Shown here piece after piece: positions 56,545-64,000 of a DNA stretch of 64,000 nt (the stretch's first letter is position 1; each line of letters opens with the position of its first letter). This DNA comes from Rebecca billardiae RCC1528 (taxonomy: Eukaryota > Protista > Haptophyta): positions 1,240,001-1,304,000 of the forward strand of contig OZ251233.1 of assembly GCA_965240325.2 (NCBI GenBank). Reading direction: 5' to 3'. The notes beneath the pieces were generated by a model, which saw only the letters and a list, made by a program, of their open reading frames with translations, was not told the origin of the DNA and ran no database searches. Position numbers and translations under genes: made by a program.

Positions 56545-59500
56545 TCCGGCGTCGCGTCGGGGTCGCGGCTGTCTGGGCCGCCGCCGGCCGGGTCGCCCGC
56601 GTCGCCGCCGCTGTCGGCGCCGTCGGCGCCCGCGCCGGCGGCCGAGCCCGCGGCGGGCGCGGTGGCGTCCGGCTCGCCGCCGCCGCCGCGGTGTCGGCGC
56701 TCGCGCAGGCCGCGGCGCTCGCGCGCGCCGCGCGCGTGCGCGCGCGCCGCGCGCCGTTGGCGCGCGCCCAGCTCGGGTGCTAGCCCGAGGGATGTGCAGT
56801 TGAGCGACTGCGCGAGGAGGAGCCGCTCGGGCGGGCTCGCGTCCCAGAACGTGGCCGCGTGCCGCGCGAACACCAGCCGCTGCAGCTGCCCCGCCGAGAA
56901 GTCGTGCTCGAGCGCCGAGCCGCCCGCCTGCTCGAGCGCGGCCACGTCGAGCGCCGTCGCCTCGGCCACGCGCAGCGCGACCCCTTGGTAGATTGCGTGC
57001 GAGCGCGAGCCGTCGGTGAGCCACACGCGCACGGTGGCGGAGGCGAGCGGCTGCAGCACCAGCGCCACGTTCGCGTCCGAGAAGAGGTACAGCGGCCCGA
57101 AGATGAGCACGAGCAGCAGGCCGAAGAGCACGAAGCCCTGCGTGGCCTTGGCCACCCAGCCGACGGGAGCGCCGTGCTGCAGCCGCGCGGGCCGCCACAG
57201 CCGCCACTCGCACGCCGCGGTGAACAGGGCGCCGTGCAGCGCCTCGAGCTTCTGCCAGTCGCGGAAGTAGAGCGAGGTGCGCGTCGCCGCCCAGTCCGAG
57301 AGCAGCCGCAGCTCGTACGCGAACGGCGTCGCCCTGTACACGAGGTAGAGCCAGTACCGAGACGGGGTCTGGCTGCGAGTGAGCCACTCGCCCTTGTAAT
57401 CGCCAACGGCCGGCTCGCCTTTGTAAAGCGGGTAGCCCTCGGCGAGCTGCCGGCCGGAGAGGAGGAGGTAGGCCCCCTTGAGCGCGTACGCGACCACGCT
57501 GAACAGCGACGGCTCCGCCCAGTGCCGCAGCGCCACCGCGTGCAGCGTGAGCCACGTGAGTAGGTGATGGGTATACTTGGGTAGCAGCGAGCGGCCCGCG
57601 GCGCTGCGCACATAAATGAGCCGATCTGTCACCATGAACGAGAGCTGCAGGAGCAGCGCCCAGAGGTACTCCGCGGGGAAGAGCCGGCCGGACAGCCCCT
57701 CGCGCGCCGCCGAGCCCACCAGATCGATCCCGCCGCCCGGCCCGAACAGCCCCGGCGCGCGCGCGTCCGCGGGCCGGCCGCGCGCCGCCGCGTGCGGCGC
57801 CGCGGGCATCGCGACCGTGAGCCAGAGCAATAGCACCAGGTCGGTCGCGACGAGCGGCATGTAGAGGTCGCAGCCGGGCAGCTTGGACGAGTTGTCGAGC
57901 ACGGCGCCAAAGTAGGCGCGCGGGAACGCGGCGGCGCGCGCCGCCGACGCGCGCGCCGCGCGCAGCCAGCGCGGGCTGCGCCGCGGCCGCGCCCGGCGCG
58001 CGGCGGCCGCCGCCGTGCCGCCGGCGCCGGCGGATCGGCTGACGACGCCTGGCGACGCGCCGCCGCCGCCGCTGCCGCTCGCGCCGCTCGCAGCCGAGCT
58101 GCCGGTCTGGGAGCGCCCGCCCAGCGCGCTCAGCTCCATCAGCCCGGCCACGCCGCCGCCCGCGCGCTCCGCCGGCAGAGGCGGCGGCCGAGCGCAGGAG
58201 CCCGCGGCGCGCGCGCGCGCGAGCGCGGCCGCGCGCTCGAGCGCGGACGCGGACGGCGAGAGACCGGCGCCCCTGTGCACGCGCGCCGCGTGGGCGGCGG
58301 ATGGCGGCGAGGCGGCGCGCGCCGCCGCGCCGCGCCGCCTGCGCGCGCCGCCGCCGCCGGCCTCGGACGGCGAGTCCGGCGCCGCATCGGCCACGGTCCA
58401 GTACCCGTGTGTCACGAGCGTGTAACGATGCAGGTACAAACACAGCAGCAGAAGCAGCCATGGCCACGCGGCGAGCGGCGGCGAGCCGAGGAGGGCGCTC
58501 AGCGCGGCGTCGGCCGCGCGCGCGGCGGATGCGGCGCCGTCGGCATCGGGCGCGCCGCGCGCGCACGCCCAGAGCGTGCTGACGGCGGTGGCGGCGGGCG
58601 AGGGCGGCGGCGCCATCGCCGCCACCGCCACCGCCGCGCCGTCGGCCGCGCGCTCCGCCGCGGCCGCGCGCTCCGCCGCGGCCGCGCGCGCCGCCCAGCG
58701 CGCCGCGGTCGCGAGCAGCCACTGCGCGCGCGTGAGCAGCAGACACAGCGTGCAGTACAGGTTGAGTGCCTGCCACAGCGCGCGCGGCGGCCGCGGCGCC
58801 TCGAGCGCGGCGACGCACGCCGCGAGCAGGCTCGGCGGCAGCGCGAGCAGCTGCGCGCGCGCGCCGCGCGCCACAGCCATCGGCAGCAGAGCCGAGCCGA
58901 GCGCCAGCGAGCGCGTCCACTCGAACTCGAGCGCGGCGCGCCACAGCGCGCCCAGGTACCGGGAGATGGCGCGCGTGAGGCCGCGGCCCCTGTACGCGCG
59001 CGCGAGCCGCGCCACCGCGCGCGAGGCCGCGCCGAGCTCTGCCGCAGCGTCCTGCTGCACGTGCGTGCGCGCGCCCGCGAAGAGGGGAGGCGGCGGCGGG
59101 CGCGCGCGCCGGCGCTGCGCGTCGCGCGCGCCCGGCCCGCCGCCGTCGCGCGCGCCGCCCTCGCTCGCAGCACCGCCGGCGCCGTCGGCGCCGGCCCCTG
59201 CCAGCCCGTCCGCGCCGCCGTGCCCACCACCACCCTCATCGCCGCCGTCGTCGCCGCCGTCGCCGTCGTCCGCAGCGCCGTCGTCCGCACCGTCTGGGAT
59301 GGGGACACACATGGCCGCCAGCCGTACACGCAGGTACGCGCGGCGCGCCGCAGGGTCGAGCAGCTGCAGCGCGCCCTCGTCCGCCTCCGCCGCCCCGGGG
59401 CCATCCGACGGTGGCCCCGCCGCCGTCGCCGCCGCCGCCGCCGTCGCGCTCAACGGCGGCCCCGCCGCCGGCCCCGCCGCCGCCGCCGCCATCGCTGCTG

Positions 59501-60585
59501 GCTGCTCAGAGCTCAAGCTGAGGCGCTCCGTGCGATCGGCGTCGGCGGCGCCGCCCGCTGCGGCGCGCGCGGGCGATGCGAGCGCGGGCGCGCAGCTCGG
59601 GATCGGCGCGTCGGTGCTTGAGCACGTGGCGACGTGCACCTCCGCTCGCGGCCTCGGCGCGCGCGCGCGGTCTGCGCGGCCGGCTCGATCCACGCCGCCG
59701 CCCGCACCGCCACCGCCGCCCACACCGCCGCCGCCGACGTCGGCGGCGGCGCCACCGCCGCCATAGCCCGCGCCGGCGACGACGCCCGACGCGACGAGGT
59801 CCCGGCCCAGCCGCTCGATGCGCGTCGAGCGCTCCCGCTGCGCCTGCAGCGCCGCATCAATCCGAGCGGCGCGCGTCGTCGCCTCGTCCCTCAGCCTGCG
59901 CGCCAGCGCGTCGGCGCGCGCGTGCCGCGCGCGCGCGTGCCGCCGTCGCAGCACAGCGTATGCGTCCGAGTTGAAGGCGTGCGCGTGGGCGAGGATCGCG
60001 CCGCAGAGGAGCGCGTGCGCGAGCACGGGCCAGCCGAGCCGCGCCGACTCCTCCGGCGACGGCGGCGCGAACGGTATGAACCGAGCCAGGCGGCCGAGCG
60101 CCGCTGCTGAGAGCGCGCACGGCGCCGACGCCGCCTGAGGCACCGGCAGGGACGGCGGCGGCGACGGCGGCGGCGGCGGCGCGAGCGACGGGGGCCACCA
60201 GGCCGCCGACGCCGGGTATGCTGGGTGCGGCGGCGGTGCAGGCGGCAGCACGCCGCTGCCGCCGCCGTCGCCGCCCGCGCCCGTGAGCCACGCGTGCTGC
60301 GCCCGCGCCGTGCTCACCAGCCCGTCGAGCGCCAGCGCCCCCGGGGACAGGGCGACGCATGCCCACGCGGCCAGGGGCGCCCACGCCGCGGCGGCGGAGG
60401 TGCTGGGCGCGGCGTGCAGCAGCACGGGGCTTGAGTGCCACAGCGCGAGCGCGTACGCCAGCGCGCTCGCGTCCAGCCAGTCCGCCCGCCGCCACGCCAG
60501 CCACATCGCGCCCACCGCGGTCAGCGGTAGCGCGAACGTGCGCCACAGCGCGCGCACGCGCCGCAGACCGTCCTCGCCGCCGTCA

Positions 60586-60629
<44 letters not shown>

Positions 60630-60737
60630 GGCGGTCGCGGCCGGGTCCGCCGCGGTGGGCGGCGCTGCGGCGTGGAGAGGCGGGCGTGGCTTCGACGGCG
60701 CTGCCGGTCGCGGCGGCGCCGACGGCCGCTGAGCCAT

Positions 60738-60784
<47 letters not shown>

Positions 60785-62696
60785 GCGGCTGCTGCTGCAG
60801 CAGCTGCTGCAGCCGCGAGCTGCGCCGACGCGCCGCCGCCGCCGTCACGGCAGGGAGCGAGCTCATGGTGCGCGGCCACTCGTAGAAGCGCGGGCGGTGC
60901 ACCCAGCGCCAGCGCGCCTGCACGTACGCCGCCGCCCTGCCCTCCGCCGCCGCGTGCGCCCGCTCGTCCGCGAAGCCGTCGCCCGGCGCGCGCCGCGTGC
61001 GCGCCTCGAGCCGAGCGCGCGCGTGCGCACACGCAATCACGACCCTGAGCGCGAGAATGTCAGCAAGGGCGAGCGCGAGGGCGTCGGCCCAGAGCGCGGT
61101 GTGCACCCACTCGGCGGTGGGCGCGGCGCCGAGCCGCGCCGGCGGGATCGGCGCAGACACGCCCAGCGCCCACGCCACCAGCGGCGCGCGCATCCACGAC
61201 GTTTCCGCGATCCCGCCGGAAGCTTCCGGAAGGCCGCCGCGCGCGCCCTCTGCGCACGCGACAGCAGTGAGCACGGCCGTGCCGACGCGGAGCAGCCAGC
61301 GGAGCAGCGCGCCGCCGCCCACGAGCGCGCCGAGCGCGTGCGCCGCGCGCGAGCCCCACCGCCGCGTCGGCAGCGCCAGCCCCGCGATCGTCAGCGCGTC
61401 GACCAGCGCGCCGGCCGACGCGGCGCGCTGCACAAGGGCGCGCAGGCAAAGCGCGCTCGCGCACAGCGCGCGCGGCACCGTGCGCGCCATCGCGTCGGTC
61501 GCGACGAGCGTGCGCGCCTCGACGAGCCAGCCCAGCCCCCACGGCCCGTCGAGCGGCGCCGCGCCGCGCGCCACGCCGCCCTCGCCCCACGGGCGGCCGC
61601 CGCTGCCGCCGCCGTCCGCGGGCCGCAGCGAGCGCAGTGCGAGCACGCACGCGCACGCGCACACGAGCGCCGCCTCGGCCGCCCACGCGCGCCGCCACGG
61701 CGCGTCGCCGCGCGCGGCGCTGGCCAGCGCGCCGAGCGCGAGCGCGCACACCCAGCGCCACCCGCGCGCGCTCGACACCGGCAGCGCGAGCGCGAGCGCG
61801 CCGGCGAGCGCGTAGCCGCAGCCAAAGGCGCCGCGCGCGCCCATTGCTCCGAGCGCGCGACTCAGCTTGCGAAGTGCGGCCGACGCGGCGGCGGCGCGCG
61901 GCGTGGGGCCGAGCACGGCGGAGGGCGGGAGCGGCCGTGCGAGCTCGTCCAGCGCGACGCTGAGCGCCGGCCCCGCCCGCACCGCGCCGCAGCTCACGAG
62001 CGCGAGCCCGCAGCCGAACAGGCAGAGCCCGCGCGCGGCGCGCATGCGCGCGACCAAGCGCGCTGTGCCGTACGCGGCGCGCGCGGCGCGCGAGGCGCAG
62101 GCCGCGCACGCCTCCGCGCGGAGGGCGGCGAGCGCCATCGGCGTGTCCGGCGGCCCGTCGTGCGCCGGCTCGTCCACCGCGTCGTACCAGCGCGCGCGCG
62201 CTCGCCAGCGGCGCGGCGCGGCGGACGGCGCGAGCGCGAGCGCGACGCTGCCGAGCACCGCGGTTGCGGCGGGGGCGGCGAGCGGCGCGCACAGCCGGAC
62301 GGAGGCCGGCGCGAGGGCCTCGGCGGCGGACATCGCGAGGCTCGTCGCGGCGACGGCGAGGAGCATCCCGAGGCTCGCGCGCCGCAGCAGCAAGAGCGCG
62401 CGCCACGCGTGCGCCGCCGCCGCCAGCATGGTGGCCGCCCACAGCGCGAGCACGATGCTGCGCACCGCGGCGCTGTGCGCGCACGCCGCCGCGACGGGCG
62501 AGAGGAGTAGCACGACGGCCGCGTGCAGCGCTGCGGTCGCCGGCTTGTCCTCCGCGCACAGCAATGCGCGCGCTCGTCCTCCACACACGGCAATGCGCGC
62601 GGCCGCGCGTGCCGACTCCATCGTTGCGAGCGCAGCCACAATGTTGCACGCGCTACCGTAGGCCGTAGCCGGTCCTCGCGCCCGGCCGGGCGGCAT
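55500..62696 (-). CDS. PIEZO: Piezo-family mechanosensitive channel
   Basis: C-terminal Piezo signatures DRLIY, YRATPFAYELR..DW..T.TSL...WQKLE, IFGPLYLFS, GIYITFVLSVG, LC..IY.AR and LISIYRSPE, with many TM segments. The start may be ATG 62621. In-frame introns cannot be excluded. Confidence 0.92.
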
Positions 62697-62779
62697 TCGC
62701 TGGGCGGAGTTCCGCGGAGGACGGCCATCATCACACTGCGGCGCCGAGTGAACCCCGCGCGTGCGCTCGGTCCGTCGCG

Positions 62780-64000
62780 ATGGCGCCTCCGCCGAGCACG
62801 TCGGCGGCGGCGACGGAGGACGACGACGACGTGTTCCTCCCCGTCTCGCCCATCGCGACGATGATCTCCAGCCGCTCGTCCAAGCTGCTCTGGGCGCTGT
62901 GGGGCGATACGAACGCGCACGTCGACGAGCAGCCGTCGCTGAGCACGATCGAGCGCACGCGCTCCGACGTGGACGACATGTCGATCCCGACGCGCTGGTC
63001 GGTGCGCGGCGTGCTGCTGATCGTTGGCGGCCTCCTCCTCCCCGTGCTCGCCTTCACCTTCGCGCAAGCCGCCTTCTTCCTGCTCGAGGTGCTGTGGTGC
63101 CAGTGGCTGCACGTCGGCGACATCGGCACCGCCAGAGGGTGCGAGCTGTGCGTGTGGCTGCTCACGCCGGCGATCGGGCTGGTGCTCTGCGCGCTGGCGA
63201 TGCCACTCCTGCAGCGGCTGCGGCCGAGCTGGCGCCAGGTGCGCGGCCGCGCCCGCCGCGCGCGCGCGCGCGCGCGCGCCCCGCCCCGCCCCGGCCCGCG
63301 CCGCGCCGCCTGTGCCCGTGGCGCCCGCGGCTGCGGCGGCGCCACCCGACGCTCGCGCGCGCGCGCGCGCGCGCGCGCGCGCGCCCTCGCGTGGGCGCAG
63401 CGGCTCAAGCCCCTCGGCCGCGGCTCGCTGCCGCTGCTCTGCTGGTGCACGTGCGTCGTCGGCATGCTGCTGATCGCGCCGGTCGGCCGCGTGTGGTACC
63501 GGTTTTACGATACGGTGCGCTTCGCGCCGGCGGCGCTCAACGTGACCGACCTGCCCGAGGCGGCGCTCGCGGGCGCGCGGCAGTTCACGCTGGGCTCGGG
63601 GGTCGTCGCGTCGGCGCTGGTGAGCGAGCACACCGTCGTCAAGGCCACCGCGCACTCGTACTTTTGCGTCGCGCCGCTCGTGAGCAACGATGAGGCCGCG
63701 CTCGCTCTGATGGACTACGCCCACGCGCTCATGCCCGCCAAGTCGGCGCCGGGCGCGGGCGGCGAGCCGGTGGAGCCGAGCGCGGCGGGCGGCGGCAGCC
63801 TGGGGGCTCGAGACGCGGCGAGCGCGGCCGACGACCCGCTGCCCGCCGAGCCGCTCGGCGTCGCGGGCGCCGCCTCGCCGCCCGCGCCCGCGAGCGTCAA
63901 CGTGTCAGCGTGGGTGGCGTACACGGGCGCCGTGCCGTGCATTGAGCCGATCCACGAGACGTGCTCGACGAACGCGTTCGCCGCGACGCACTGCCGCCCG
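62780..64000 (+). CDS. Multi-pass membrane protein of unknown function, truncated by the window end; intron 63239-63400
   Basis: MAPPPSTSAAATEDDDDVF... stays open to the window edge, with hydrophobic segments GVLLIVGGLLLPVLAFTFAQAAFFLL and LCVWLLTPAIGLVLCALAM. CAG|GTGCGC...GCGCAG intron. Absent from the ORF track because there is no stop. Confidence 0.75.
   Translation, partial: MAPPPSTSAAATEDDDDVFLPVSPIATMISSRSSKLLWALWGDTNAHVDEQPSLSTIERTRSDVDDMSIPTRWSVRGVLLIVGGLLLPVLAFTFAQAAFFLLEVLWCQWLHVGDIGTARGCELCVWLLTPAIGLVLCALAMPLLQRLRPSWRQVRGRARRARARARAPPRPGPRRAACARGARGCGGATRRSRARARARARALAWAQRLKPLGRGSLPLLCWCTCVVGMLLIAPVGRVWYRFYDTVRFAPAALNVTDLPEAALAGARQFTLGSGVVASALVSEHTVVKATAHSYFCVAPLVSNDEAALALMDYAHALMPAKSAPGAGGEPVEPSAAGGGSLGARDAASAADDPLPAEPLGVAGAASPPAPASVNVSAWVAYTGAVPCIEPIHETCSTNAFAATHCRP

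Overview
This is very GC-rich eukaryotic nuclear DNA with short GT-AG introns of the GTGCGC...GCGCAG type. The style fits a haptophyte-like microalga, which is an inference. Bases 1-34 kb are a patchwork of mostly intronless secreted or glycan-related genes: two SAM-methyltransferase-like genes, a beta-propeller protein, a TLC protein, a DUF6625-like glycosyltransferase and a duplicated fucosyltransferase-like gene. Between them lie nested non-autonomous DNA transposons and MITEs, (TA)n microsatellites that act as insertion sites, probable excision footprints and copied filler fragments. Bases 35-64 kb hold an anoctamin with IQ motifs, a ~3000-aa six-exon cell-surface protein (RTX-like repeats, Pro-rich stalk, 24 GCT..NY..DDGSC repeats, TM helix), a Piezo homologue and a truncated membrane-protein gene. 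The most notable object is a young 5.8-kb Ngaro/PAT-type (DIRS order) retroelement at 49397-55196 on the minus strand. It has complete split direct repeats (A1-gag-pol-B1-A2-B2) but no tyrosine recombinase. An array of 38-bp palindromic repeats sits where that gene should be, gag and pol are in frame and separated by one TAG followed by a stem-loop, and the element appears to have inserted into the stop codon of the giant surface-protein gene. Most long ORFs in the track are antisense or GC shadow frames.
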